Shown: positions 9,485-18,649 of the stretch, piece after piece
How positions within the stretch are numbered: the stretch's first letter is position 1
Layout: each line of letters begins with the position of its first letter
Assembly (NCBI GenBank): GCA_944387225.1
Contig: CALXDY010000102.1
Span: 778 to 64,777, forward strand
DNA from: an uncultured Oscillospiraceae bacterium
Lineage (GTDB): Bacteria > Bacillota > Clostridia > Oscillospirales > Oscillospiraceae
Length of the DNA: 64,000 nt
Direction: 5' to 3'
Position numbers and translations under genes: made by a program
Notes under the pieces: generated by a model
What the model was told of the DNA's origin: nothing
The model's input: the letters and a program-made list of their open reading frames with translations, nothing else
The model's database searches: none

Positions 9485-10216
9485 ATGGCAATTGAAAACG
9501 GAGAGTGGATCATGCACGGACTTCCCTGGGACGACCCCTACCGGATCCGCAGCTGGGAGGAATTGATTCATTGGGTGGATGAGGTGGGGTTTCTGCCCCT
9601 GTTCAAAAACGAAATTCAGGGATTTTCCGCTGAGGAGCACACCTCAGACCAATTCTGGTGGAGCGGCGATCCCCAGCAGGATCCCTGGGAATGGCGGCAG
9701 CTCATCGCCCGCAGCGGGCTGGTCGCATACGGAAAATTTTTTGACCGGAAAGCCGGCTTCATCTCCAAAGCCTGGTTTCCCCACTTTGCCAACTGGCGGC
9801 GGGACGGCTACGACTTTGACAGCCGCTGGGACGAGGAACTGGCCAGCCGACGGCAAAAACGAATTATGGACCAGTTTCTGTCCCAACCGGAGCAGTATTC
9901 CTTCCAGCTCAAACGCCTGGCCGGATTCGGCAAGGACGGGGAAAAAAACTTCGAGGGCACGGTGACCGATCTCCAGATGAGCGGGTACCTGCTGATCCGG
10001 GATTTTCGCCAGCGCCGCAACAAAAAGGGCCAGCCATACGGATGGCCCATCTCCGTCTATGCCACGCCGGAAGCGCTTTGGGGCTACGAGCATATCTCCT
10101 CCGCTTATGCCGCGCCTCCCGCCCAGTCCCGGCAGCTGGTTTATGAACAGGTACGCAGAAACTTTCCCTCCGCAACGGAGGCCGCCCTCCACCGGGTACT
10201 GGGGTGGGACAGATAA
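9485..10216 (+). CDS. Conserved hypothetical protein (possibly AlkZ-related winged helix)
   Basis: GFLPLF, DPWEWR, YGKFF..KAGFIS, T.LQM..Y, YGW motifs; GGAGGT RBS. Confidence 0.6.
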   Translation: MAIENGEWIMHGLPWDDPYRIRSWEELIHWVDEVGFLPLFKNEIQGFSAEEHTSDQFWWSGDPQQDPWEWRQLIARSGLVAYGKFFDRKAGFISKAWFPHFANWRRDGYDFDSRWDEELASRRQKRIMDQFLSQPEQYSFQLKRLAGFGKDGEKNFEGTVTDLQMSGYLLIRDFRQRRNKKGQPYGWPISVYATPEALWGYEHISSAYAAPPAQSRQLVYEQVRRNFPSATEAALHRVLGWDR

Positions 10217-10228
10217 AGGAGATGCACT

Positions 10229-10639
10229 ATGATTCGGGATATTTGTAAGGATCCGATCTTTCTGGCTCAGAAGGCAGAGCCCGCCACGCCGGCGGATCTT
10301 CCTGTGGCCGGCGACCTGCTGGACACGCTGACCCACCACAAGGACGGCTGTGTGGGTATGGCAGCCAACATGATCGGCGTAAACAAGCGCATCATCGCCT
10401 TCGACAACGAAGGCAGCTACATGGTCATGTTCAACCCTGAGATCATCAAAAAATCCGACCCCTATGACACGGAGGAGAGCTGTCTGTCCCTCACCGGCAT
10501 CCGTCCGGCCAAACGCTGGAAGGTCATCAAAGTGCGCTGGCAGAACGAAAAATTCCAGATCCGCCTGAAAACATTCACCGGCTGGACCGCTCAGATCATT
10601 CAGCACGAGATTGACCACTGTGAAGGGATCATCATCTGA
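10229..10639 (+). CDS. def: Peptide deformylase (short form)
   Basis: GVGxAA-like GCVGMAANMIG, EESCLS, QHEIDH. Confidence 0.9.
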   Translation: MIRDICKDPIFLAQKAEPATPADLPVAGDLLDTLTHHKDGCVGMAANMIGVNKRIIAFDNEGSYMVMFNPEIIKKSDPYDTEESCLSLTGIRPAKRWKVIKVRWQNEKFQIRLKTFTGWTAQIIQHEIDHCEGIII

Positions 10640-10694
10640 CCGAAACGCCCAGGCACTCTCCTTTCCCGTATGGAGACAGTGGAAATCCCATATT

Positions 10695-10750
10695 GCAACC
10701 GCCGGTTGACACAGTTTCCAGCCAACTTGGTGGCGTGCAACCGGACGGTC
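10695..10750 (+). promoter_or_regulatory. Three related imperfect palindromes, putative XRE operators
   Basis: CAACC-GCC-GGTTG (overlaps TTGACA), GCCAACTTGGTGGC, GCAACCGGACGGTC, upstream of an XRE gene. Confidence 0.5.
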
Positions 10751-10791
10751 TGTTATCCTGAACCCACCAAGGAATGAATGGAGGATGCACA

Positions 10792-11775
10792 ATGATCCTT
10801 GCGGAAAAAATCGTAAAACTGCGGAAGGAACAGGGTTGGTCTCAGGAGGAGCTGGCGATGCGGCTGAACGTCTCCCGGCAGTCCGTTTCGAAATGGGAGT
10901 CCATGGCGTCAATGCCTGATCTGGACAAAATTTTGAAGATGAGCGAGCTGTTCGGCGTCAGCACCGATTACCTGTTGAAGGATGAAGCGCCTGCGGAGGA
11001 CGGCTGCATCAACGGCGAGAGCCAGAGCCAGGAGGATGCCAGAAGCGTCACCCTGGAAGAGGCAAATCAATACCTTTCCACCGTGCGTGACGCCGGAGGA
11101 AAAATCGCCAACGGCGTCAGCCTGTGCATTTTGTCGCCGGTGCTGCTGATCCTGCTGTCGTCCGCAGCGGAGCGGAAAATTCTCCCCCTGTCGGAGGCTG
11201 CGGCAGAGTCCATGGGCATTTGCTGCCTGCTGCTTCTCGTATCGGCGGCGGTAGCTTTGTTTGTGTATCATGGGCTGCGGTTAAGCCGGTACGAATATTT
11301 GGAAAAAGAGCCCATTGTAACAGAATATGGCGTGGCCGGAATCGCCGAAACCAAGCAAGAGGAATACACGCAGCTCCACAGACAGCTGCTGGTGTCGGGC
11401 ATCGTTCTATGTATCGTCAGCATTTTCCCGCTGATGATCGCCGCGGCGACGGAGAATCTGTTTTGGGAGGATATCTCAGCGGCCTGTATTTTTCTGTTTG
11501 TGGCCGTGGGCGTCAACCTGATCGTGCGCACATCGTTCATCTGGGGCAGCTTTCAGAAGCTATTGGAAGAAGGCGACTTTACAAGGGAAAAGAAGGCGGA
11601 GGAGCGAAGGAACGAACCTTTTACCGTCTTTTACTGGTGCCTTGTGCTGGCCGTCTACCTTGGCGTAAGTTTCGTGACCCGCTGCTGGGACTACACCTGG
11701 ATTATCTGGCCGGTAGCTGCGGTACTGTTTGCCGCGGCCCTGGCCCTCAGACAGATGCTGTATAACCGACCCTGA
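10792..11775 (+). CDS. XRE-family HTH regulator with multi-pass membrane domain
   Basis: LRKEQGWSQEELA.RLNVSRQSVSKWE, then ~6 TM helices. Confidence 0.9.
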   Translation: MILAEKIVKLRKEQGWSQEELAMRLNVSRQSVSKWESMASMPDLDKILKMSELFGVSTDYLLKDEAPAEDGCINGESQSQEDARSVTLEEANQYLSTVRDAGGKIANGVSLCILSPVLLILLSSAAERKILPLSEAAAESMGICCLLLLVSAAVALFVYHGLRLSRYEYLEKEPIVTEYGVAGIAETKQEEYTQLHRQLLVSGIVLCIVSIFPLMIAAATENLFWEDISAACIFLFVAVGVNLIVRTSFIWGSFQKLLEEGDFTREKKAEERRNEPFTVFYWCLVLAVYLGVSFVTRCWDYTWIIWPVAAVLFAAALALRQMLYNRP

Positions 11776-11835
11776 CCGAAGGGCCCCTATCCGGCGGGCG
11801 CGCCGTCCGCAAGTCATCCAAAAAGGAAGGTTACC

Positions 11836-12150
11836 ATGAAAAAATGCAGGATCACCGTAATGCGGAAGAGTGAATATAAGGATCTGATGGCCAGATATGA
11901 AAATCCAATCTCCCACGCCTGCGACATGGAGGTGGGACAGGTTTTCATCGCCAACGGCTGGGAAAAGCCCAGCGGCTTCTGCCAAAGTGCCTGGGACACC
12001 CTCTCCCCCTTTGTGCTGGCCCTGAGCCACGGAGGCGAAAACTTTTACGACGGCTGGATGAAGAATCCCAAATCCGCCATGCTCTCCTGCAACGACGGTT
12101 TCCGCCCGGTGAGTTTTCTGGTAGAAGCCCTGGATGAGGACGCAGACTGA
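11836..12150 (+). CDS. TIGR04076-family protein
   Basis: C.M.VGQVF, P.GFC.SAW, SCNDGFRPVSF. Confidence 0.8.
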   Translation: MKKCRITVMRKSEYKDLMARYENPISHACDMEVGQVFIANGWEKPSGFCQSAWDTLSPFVLALSHGGENFYDGWMKNPKSAMLSCNDGFRPVSFLVEALDEDAD

Positions 12151-12162
12151 GGAGGATCGGCT

Positions 12163-12879
12163 ATGTTTGAACATAAAATTGCTGTGGTGACCGGCGGGGC
12201 CAAAGGCATTGGCAAAGCTATTTCAGAGGAATTTCGCAAGGTGGGGGCCCAGGTATGCGTCATTGACCTACTGCCCAACGATTACTACATTGGCGATCTG
12301 GCCGACCAGGCCGTTTTGGAGGACTTTGCCGCCAAGGTCATCGCCGACTGGGGCCATGTGGATTTTCTCATCAACAACGCCCTGCCCCTGATGAAGGGCA
12401 TTGACAGCTGCACCTACGAGGAATTTAACTATGCCCTGCGGGTGGGGGTGGCCGCCCCCTTCTACCTGGCAAAGCTGTTTGCCCCGCATTTTGCGCCCGG
12501 CGGGGCCATTGTAAACATCTCCTCCTCCCGGGATCGGATGAGCCAGCCCCAGACAGAAAGCTACACAGCGGCCAAGGGCGGCATTTCCGCCCTGACCCAC
12601 GCTCTGGCGGTGAGTCTGGCAGGCCGGGTGCGGGTCAACTCCATCTCCCCCGGCTGGATCGACACCGACTATACCGTGTACCACGGCCCGGACGCCGTCC
12701 AGCAGCCCGCGGGCCGGGTGGGCACCCCCCTGGACATCGCCCACATGGTGCTTTACCTCTGCTCGGACAAGGCGGGCTTTATTACCGGGGAAAACATCTG
12801 CATTGACGGCGGTATGACCCGCCAGATGATCTATCACAACGACTATGGCTGGACACTGCAAGGAGGAAACCGCCCATGA
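12163..12879 (+). CDS. Short-chain dehydrogenase/reductase
   Basis: TGGAKGIG, INNA, YTAAK, VNSISPG. Confidence 0.93.
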   Translation: MFEHKIAVVTGGAKGIGKAISEEFRKVGAQVCVIDLLPNDYYIGDLADQAVLEDFAAKVIADWGHVDFLINNALPLMKGIDSCTYEEFNYALRVGVAAPFYLAKLFAPHFAPGGAIVNISSSRDRMSQPQTESYTAAKGGISALTHALAVSLAGRVRVNSISPGWIDTDYTVYHGPDAVQQPAGRVGTPLDIAHMVLYLCSDKAGFITGENICIDGGMTRQMIYHNDYGWTLQGGNRP

Positions 12880-13331
12880 AAACCGCTGTCTGCTACTACT
12901 CCCGCCACCACGGAAACACCAGAAAGGTTCTGGAGGCCATGGCCGAAGAAGGCGGGATGGACCTCATTGACGTAACCACCCGACAGGCGGTTCGGCTGGA
13001 GGACTATGACTGTGTGGGCTTTGCCTCCGGCATCTACGGCTTCGAATTTCACAAGGCGGTGACCGCCTTTGCCCGGCAATACCTGCCCCAGGGAAAGCCC
13101 GTGTTCTTTGTCTATACCTATGGTGGGGCCAAGGGGACCGGGGCCAAGACCGTTGCAGAAGTGGCCAAGGAAAAGGGCTGCCCCGTTCTGGGTACGTTTT
13201 CCTGTAAGGGGTACGACACCTTCGGCCCCTTCCGGCTGGTGGGCGGCATCGCCAAAGGCCATCCAAATAAGCGGGACCTGGAGAACGCCCGCAAATTCTA
13301 TCAGGACATCCAAAGAAAAATGAACCTGTGA
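12876..13331 (+). CDS. Flavodoxin-domain protein
   Basis: YYSRHHGNT, GFASGIY; ATGA overlap with the SDR. Confidence 0.85.
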   Translation: MKTAVCYYSRHHGNTRKVLEAMAEEGGMDLIDVTTRQAVRLEDYDCVGFASGIYGFEFHKAVTAFARQYLPQGKPVFFVYTYGGAKGTGAKTVAEVAKEKGCPVLGTFSCKGYDTFGPFRLVGGIAKGHPNKRDLENARKFYQDIQRKMNL

Positions 13332-13412
13332 AGGCAACGGGAAACACCGTTTGAACAATCAGGCTACATGCCTGAGAGCGGCACAGGAATAAGGAATGGA
13401 GGATGTATAGAC

Positions 13413-14513
13413 GTGCCAGCAGAAGAATGCCTGATCTGTAAGGCCCCTTTGGAGTATCTGGTGCAGGACGAGGTGATGGAGTGCGCCCTCTGCCACAAGA
13501 AAGAACGCAGCAAGACCCGCTGCGTAAAGGGCCACTATGTATGCAGCGACTGCCACACCCAGGGTATGGACAGCATTTTCGGTCTGTGCCTGGCTGAGAC
13601 CTCCTCCGATCCTATCGCCATTCTTCGCCGGATGATGGATCTGCCCTTCTGCCACATGCACGGCCCGGAGCACCACGTCATGGTGGGAGCCGCCCTGCTC
13701 ACCGCCTACCGAAACGCCGGTGGCCGGTTGGACCTGGAGCAGGCCCTCCGTGAGATATACAGCCGGGGCAAGGCGGTTCCCGGCGGGGCCTGCGGTTTTT
13801 GGGGCGCCTGCGGTGCGGGGATCAGCGCCGGGCAGTTCTTTGCCATCGCCACGGAGTCTACTCCCCTTGCCCGGCAGCCCTGGGGGCTGAGCAATCAGAT
13901 GACCGCTAAGGCTCTGGACCGCATCGGCAGGGCGGGCGGCCCCCGCTGCTGCAAGCGGGACTCCTTTTTGTCCATTCTGGCCGCCGTAGATTTTGCCCGG
14001 GAGCATCTGGGCGTGGAGATGACACGGACAATCCCCGTCTGCTCCTACAGCATCCGGAACGGTCAATGCCTGGGGAAGGACTGTCCCTTCTCCCCACTCC
14101 GACGGAAAAAGCCTACGGTAGCCTTTCTTTGCGTCCACAATTCCTGCCGCAGCCAGATGGCGGAGGCCCTGGGCAGGGCACTGGCTGAGGATGTCTTTAT
14201 CAGCTGCTCCGCCGGAACCCACCCAGGTAAGGAGATCAACCCCGACGCCGTGCGTCTGATGAAGCAGACCTATGGCATCGACATGGCACAGACCCAGTAC
14301 AACAAACCGCTCAGCCAGCTGCCGCCGGTAGACATTGTGGTCACCATGGGCTGCAACGTCCAGTGCCCCTCCCTGCCCTGCTCCCACCGGGAGGATTGGG
14401 GGCTGGAGGATCCCAGCGGAAAAGAGGATGGGGCGTTCCTTGCCGTGATGAAACAGATTGAGGAGAAGGTGCTGGATTTAAAGCACCGCATCCAGACAGG
14501 CAGGCTGGAGTAA
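13413..14513 (+). CDS. DUF5714 Cys-rich domain fused to ArsC/LMWP arsenate reductase
   Basis: CxxC-rich N-terminus, MHGPEHH, GGACG.WG.CGA, GPRCCKR; C-terminal FLCVHNSCRSQMAE and WGLEDP; GTG start after GGAGG. Confidence 0.85.
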   Translation: MPAEECLICKAPLEYLVQDEVMECALCHKKERSKTRCVKGHYVCSDCHTQGMDSIFGLCLAETSSDPIAILRRMMDLPFCHMHGPEHHVMVGAALLTAYRNAGGRLDLEQALREIYSRGKAVPGGACGFWGACGAGISAGQFFAIATESTPLARQPWGLSNQMTAKALDRIGRAGGPRCCKRDSFLSILAAVDFAREHLGVEMTRTIPVCSYSIRNGQCLGKDCPFSPLRRKKPTVAFLCVHNSCRSQMAEALGRALAEDVFISCSAGTHPGKEINPDAVRLMKQTYGIDMAQTQYNKPLSQLPPVDIVVTMGCNVQCPSLPCSHREDWGLEDPSGKEDGAFLAVMKQIEEKVLDLKHRIQTGRLE

Positions 14514-14527
14514 GTCCGCAGACAACA

Positions 14528-14561
14528 GGCCCGGGGCTTCCCCATTGGGAAGCCCCGGGCC
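14528..14561. terminator. Intrinsic terminator hairpin
   Basis: GGCCCGGGGCTTCC-loop-GGAAGCCCCGGGCC between convergent genes. Confidence 0.7.
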
Positions 14562-14634
14562 GTTTCCCGTTATTCGCCCCGGCGCCGCCGGGTTCCCTGT
14601 TTGCCCTTCCGGATTGTCCGTGCCCGCTTCATCG

Positions 14635-15150
14635 TCATTCCTCCAGCAGCAGTGTCTGCCGCGAAGAACATCCCAACGCCTTGAAATCAGAGAACAGGCA
14701 CTCGATGCGGGTGGGTCGGACGCGGATCAGATGCATGGGGCTGGGCAGTCCCCGAAGTGCCTCCAAAGAGATCTTTTTCCAGGCCGCATGGGCACAATAC
14801 GCCTCACTGAACGGCTCTATCACGTCCGCCACTCCCATGACCTGCATTCCATGGAGCTGCCCAAAGCCCTCATACCGGTCATAAATAGCCAGGCACACGT
14901 GGGGATTGTGTTCAAGGCCGATAAACTTCCGACCACCCTCGCTGAACATCCAGAAGCAGCCGTCATGCCAGCCGTACTCGATGGGCGTGCAGCGCACATA
15001 GTCCCCTGTTCCGGTGGCCAACGCGCAGGTGTTGTTGGCCTGAATGTATGCCTCCGCCATGGACCACAGCCGCTCCCGATCCAGTTTGACGCCTTGGGCG
15101 TCTTTCTCCTCCCAGTAACGGGCAGCCGCTTGGTACTCCTCCCTTGTCAT
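14635..15150 (-). CDS. Pyridoxamine 5'-phosphate oxidase-like FMN-binding protein
   Basis: CALAT..VRCTPIEY, FSEGG.K...L..NP.VCLAI; GGAGG RBS. Confidence 0.82.
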   Translation of the reverse strand: MTREEYQAAARYWEEKDAQGVKLDRERLWSMAEAYIQANNTCALATGTGDYVRCTPIEYGWHDGCFWMFSEGGRKFIGLEHNPHVCLAIYDRYEGFGQLHGMQVMGVADVIEPFSEAYCAHAAWKKISLEALRGLPSPMHLIRVRPTRIECLFSDFKALGCSSRQTLLLEE

Positions 15151-15339
15151 GTCCATTCCTCCCAGCTCATCATTGTTGCCTACAGGGCAGAACCGGATGC
15201 CATTCCCATCCCCCAATCATTATAGCACGGCGGCGGGAAACATGGCAGGAAAACGGGCGAAACCGGCGGGTTTCCTGGATAGATTTTTCGTCCTTCCGGC
15301 GGTATACTGAGAAGCAGAATACATCAGGAGGAAGCTGCC

Positions 15340-15774
15340 ATGAGTTTGGGAAGCAGTTTATACCACGCCCGGAAAAAGAGCGGACTCTCCCAGGAAAATG
15401 TGGCTGAAAAGCTGGGAGTCAGCCGCCAAACCATTTCCAAATGGGAGACCAACGAAACCCTGCCTGACATCCGTCAATCCAAAGGTCTGGCCATGCTCTA
15501 TCATATGACGCTGGACGAGCTGATCGAGTACGATTTTGACGAGGAGCAGGCCCGGCAAATGATTGACAGCGTCAGCGAGGAGGTCCAGGCCCGGATTGAC
15601 TGGAACAAGGTCTGGAGCAAGAAATACCCGGTGCTGGCGCAATACCACAAAACGGTACGGATCGACGACTACGCCCCCGCACTGCGGGAGCTGCTTACCC
15701 AGCTGCGGGTGGACTACGGCTACAACCACACCGATGCCCTGCTGGTGCTCAAGGATATTCTGGCCCGGGTATAG
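15340..15774 (+). CDS. XRE-family HTH regulator
   Basis: RKKSGLSQENVAEKLGVSRQTISKWE..ETLPD. Confidence 0.9.
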   Translation: MSLGSSLYHARKKSGLSQENVAEKLGVSRQTISKWETNETLPDIRQSKGLAMLYHMTLDELIEYDFDEEQARQMIDSVSEEVQARIDWNKVWSKKYPVLAQYHKTVRIDDYAPALRELLTQLRVDYGYNHTDALLVLKDILARV

Positions 15775-15907
15775 AAGGGACAGATGTGACCGCCCGTCAA
15801 ATTTTGATTTCGAATAAAATCCCCCTATTCTGTGTTGTATGGTCTGCATCCACAGAATGGGGGATTTTTCGGTTTATTGGGTCGCCCGTCAGGGAACAAA
15901 TCCGCTC

Positions 15908-16180
15908 TCACCCACGGGTCAGAATTCGGATCAGCACGATCAGCCCAAGGGCGGCGACAGCGGCTGCCCACAAGTACCGCCTCTCCTTCACACCCTTATA
16001 GATTTCCCGCACCCAGTCGACGATCAACAAAACCACACTGACAAAAACAAACGCAAGCCCCAGCGGAGCGCCCACCCGAAACATTGGATGGGGGTATGCC
16101 GTTCCCGACAATAGAACGGCAATCAGAATCCCCAGGCCTACAGCGGCTGAAATACCCGCATATTTCCCGGTGTTTCTCAC
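15908..16180 (-). CDS. Small membrane protein
   Basis: 90 aa, three TM segments, follows the DUF2200 gene. Confidence 0.6.
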   Translation of the reverse strand: MRNTGKYAGISAAVGLGILIAVLLSGTAYPHPMFRVGAPLGLAFVFVSVVLLIVDWVREIYKGVKERRYLWAAAVAALGLIVLIRILTRG

Positions 16181-16187
16181 GAAGCGG

Positions 16188-16541
16188 TCACCCCTTTCTC
16201 AGGATTTCCTCCAGCGCCTTTCCCTTGGCCAGCTCATCCACCAGCTTGTCCAGGCGGCGGATCTCCTGCATCAGCGGATCTGGAATGTCCTCCACCCGGA
16301 TCCCACAGATTTTTCCGGTGATCAGGGTCCGGTTTGGATGCATGGCGGGGGCGTTTCGGAAAAAATCCCCATAGCTGATCTCCGATTCTTCCATCTCCGC
16401 CAGGTCCTGGGCAGTATATCCGGTGAGCCACGCGGTCACCTGATCCACCTCGTCCCGGGTTCGGCCCTTCCGCTCCGCTTTCTGGATCAGCAGAGGATAG
16501 AGTTTGGCAAAGGGCATTTGGGTCACATCGGCACGGGGCAT
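16188..16541 (-). CDS. DUF2200-family protein
   Basis: FAKLYPLL.QKAERKGRT..EVD....WLTGY...ITG.ICG.RVE.I.DPLM..IR.LDKLVDELAKGK. Confidence 0.88.
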   Translation of the reverse strand: MPRADVTQMPFAKLYPLLIQKAERKGRTRDEVDQVTAWLTGYTAQDLAEMEESEISYGDFFRNAPAMHPNRTLITGKICGIRVEDIPDPLMQEIRRLDKLVDELAKGKALEEILRKG

Positions 16542-16545
16542 GGCA

Positions 16546-16635
16546 TCAACCTCCCAGCATTTTCTTGTTGGCCGCGTTGACGATGGCGTCCACCTTCACG
16601 GTCGTGATATCATTCTGTACAATGGAAAAGGGCAT
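16546..16635 (-). pseudogene. Truncated macrodomain (ADP-ribose-binding) gene, 29 aa
   Basis: GGGAGGT RBS, then MPFSIVQNDITTVKVDAIVNAANKKMLGG*; DIT and DAIVNAAN..LGG are macrodomain N-terminal motifs; promoter TTGTCA-17bp-TATGAT upstream on the minus strand. Confidence 0.8.
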
Positions 16636-16743
16636 AGAAACACCTCCCGCATGTTCGTGGCTCCATCATACCACGATGCCTCCCCTCTTGACAATCGGAA
16701 CGCAAAGCAGCCCCATATCCCCCTGGCAAAACAACACAGCCTC

Positions 16744-16783
16744 TTGACAAGCGGTCCGAAATCCTTATAATGAACGTTGTTCA
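16744..16783 (+). promoter_or_regulatory. sigma-A promoter with TetR operator
   Basis: TTGACA-16bp-TATAAT overlapped by palindrome TGAAC-GTT-GTTCA (16771-16783). Confidence 0.75.
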
Positions 16784-16798
16784 GATTGAGGTGATGGA

Positions 16799-17371
16799 AT
16801 GAATACCGTGGTCACGTCCAGGGAAGAAATTCTGAAAACCAGCCGGGAACTGATCCAGCGGGAGGGCTGGGCCGCGGTCAACATCCGCTCAGTGGCGGGA
16901 GCCTGCGGGGTGTCGGTAGGCTCCATTTACAACTATTTTGATTCCAAAGCCGCCTTGATGGCCGCCACGGTGGAAAGCGTCTGGTGTGAGATATTCCATC
17001 GCCCGGAGGACGACACCGTCTTTCAGGACACTGTGGCCTGCATTACCTGGCTGTATAAACGGATGGAGCTGGGCTGTAAGCAGTACCCCGGTTTCTTCTC
17101 TCTCCACTCCCTTGGCTTTCTGGGCGAAGACAAACCCCATGGGAAGCGGCAGATGGAGCAAACCTGGCAGCACATTTTGGATGGGCTCTCTTCCGTCCTC
17201 CATCGGGACGCCAGGATCCGCCCGGACGCCTTTACCCAAACCTTCACAGCAGAGAAATTTGCGGATGTTTTGTTCTCCCTGATGCTGTCGGCGCTGGTGC
17301 GGCAGGATTACGACCCCACAGCTGTGCTGGAGCTGATCCGCAGAACGCTTTATGAAAATTCCCGCCCATAA
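16799..17371 (+). CDS. TetR/AcrR-family regulator
   Basis: G...VNIRSVA.ACGVSVGSIYNYF.SK HTH. Confidence 0.93.
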   Translation: MNTVVTSREEILKTSRELIQREGWAAVNIRSVAGACGVSVGSIYNYFDSKAALMAATVESVWCEIFHRPEDDTVFQDTVACITWLYKRMELGCKQYPGFFSLHSLGFLGEDKPHGKRQMEQTWQHILDGLSSVLHRDARIRPDAFTQTFTAEKFADVLFSLMLSALVRQDYDPTAVLELIRRTLYENSRP

Positions 17372-17395
17372 GCGGGAATTTTTCACCCAGGAAAT

Positions 17396-17408
17396 TGAAC
17401 ATCGTTCA
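17396..17408 (+). promoter_or_regulatory. Second copy of the TetR operator
   Basis: TGAAC-ATC-GTTCA just upstream of the RBS of the next gene. Confidence 0.65.
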
Positions 17409-17425
17409 TTCAGAGGAGGAATGAA

Positions 17426-17878
17426 ATGAAAGTAAAACGGAATACCTTGCTGCTTCTGGCCTGACTGGTATGGAGCGCAGCGGGATTTAACATCCTTCGC
17501 ATCGGCCTGACGGCTTATCCGGCCTATGTCACGGCGCTGAATGTGCTGCTGTCGGTTCTGGTGTTTACCGTGTTCCACCGGTTCATTTTCGGGAAGCTGG
17601 TCAAGCGGCATACGGCCAGGATCCATGCCTATCTGGAGGAGCGGCATTTCTTCCTGAAATTCTTTGACCGGAAGGCCTTTCTCATTATGGCTATCATGAT
17701 GACCGGCGGGATTGGTCTGCGGGCCAGCGGCCTTGCGCCGGAGCGGTTTATCGCCGTCTTCTATACCGGTCTGGGTGCGGCTCTTTTGCTGGCAGGGCTG
17801 CTGTTCGGCCGCAGCTACGGAAGGGCGGTTCTCGCCCCGGCCAGCCTAACATACAACGCTGAGGAAAGAGGAGGATAA
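17426..17878 (+). pseudogene. Membrane protein gene interrupted by an in-frame TGA at codon 13
   Basis: GAGGAGG RBS; MKVKRNTLLLLA*LVWSAAGFNILRIG... continues in frame into ORF 17543..17878; TGA at 17462-17464. Confidence 0.75.
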
Positions 17879-17881
17879 CAC

Positions 17882-18547
17882 ATGCAGACAATTATGGAGA
17901 CGCTGTTTGACGCCGTCTATCTGATTTCGGTCATTACCATCGGCATGCTGATGATTCGGGGCAGCAAGGGGAACCCCCAGTTCCGTTTGTTCGGTTTCAT
18001 GGCGGTTTTGCTGGGCGCGGGTGACGCCTTTCATCTGGTTCCCCGGGCGGTAGCCCTGTGTACCACCGGTCTGGAAGATTACACCGTGGCACTGGGGCTG
18101 GGAAAATGGATCACCTCCGTCACCATGACCATTTTCTATGTGCTGCTTTACTATGTGTGGCGGCAGCGGTACCGGATCCATGGACGGCCGGGACTGACCG
18201 CCGGGGTGTATGTTCTGGCCGGACTGCGGATTCTCCTGTGCATGATGCCCCAGAATCAATGGCTCAGCGCCGACGCCCCTCTCTCCTGGGGCATTTACCG
18301 CAACATCCCCTTTGCCCTGCTGGGGCTGCTGATCATTGTCCTGTTTTATCGCAGCTCCAGGGCGCATGGAGATCGTGGGTTCCGCTGGATGTGGCTGACC
18401 ATTGTGCTCAGCTTCGGTTTTTACATCCCGGTGGTGCTGTGGGCAGACGCTGTTCCCATGATCGGCATGCTGATGATCCCCAAGACCTGCGCCTATGTCT
18501 GGACGGTGCTCATCGGGTACTCCGCCATGAAGCGGGAGTGCAGATAA
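17882..18547 (+). CDS. Conserved multi-pass membrane protein
   Basis: GAGDAFHLVPR, RNIPF, MIPKT; about 7 TM; strong RBS. Confidence 0.8.
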   Translation: MQTIMETLFDAVYLISVITIGMLMIRGSKGNPQFRLFGFMAVLLGAGDAFHLVPRAVALCTTGLEDYTVALGLGKWITSVTMTIFYVLLYYVWRQRYRIHGRPGLTAGVYVLAGLRILLCMMPQNQWLSADAPLSWGIYRNIPFALLGLLIIVLFYRSSRAHGDRGFRWMWLTIVLSFGFYIPVVLWADAVPMIGMLMIPKTCAYVWTVLIGYSAMKRECR

Positions 18548-18649
18548 TCCCCATTCCCCAGGCAATAAGCCCCTCACATGGCGGAAAACCGGCGTTGCTC
18601 AGCCATACAGGCTGAACAACGCCGGTTTGTTATCGGGTTTATGGAAGGT

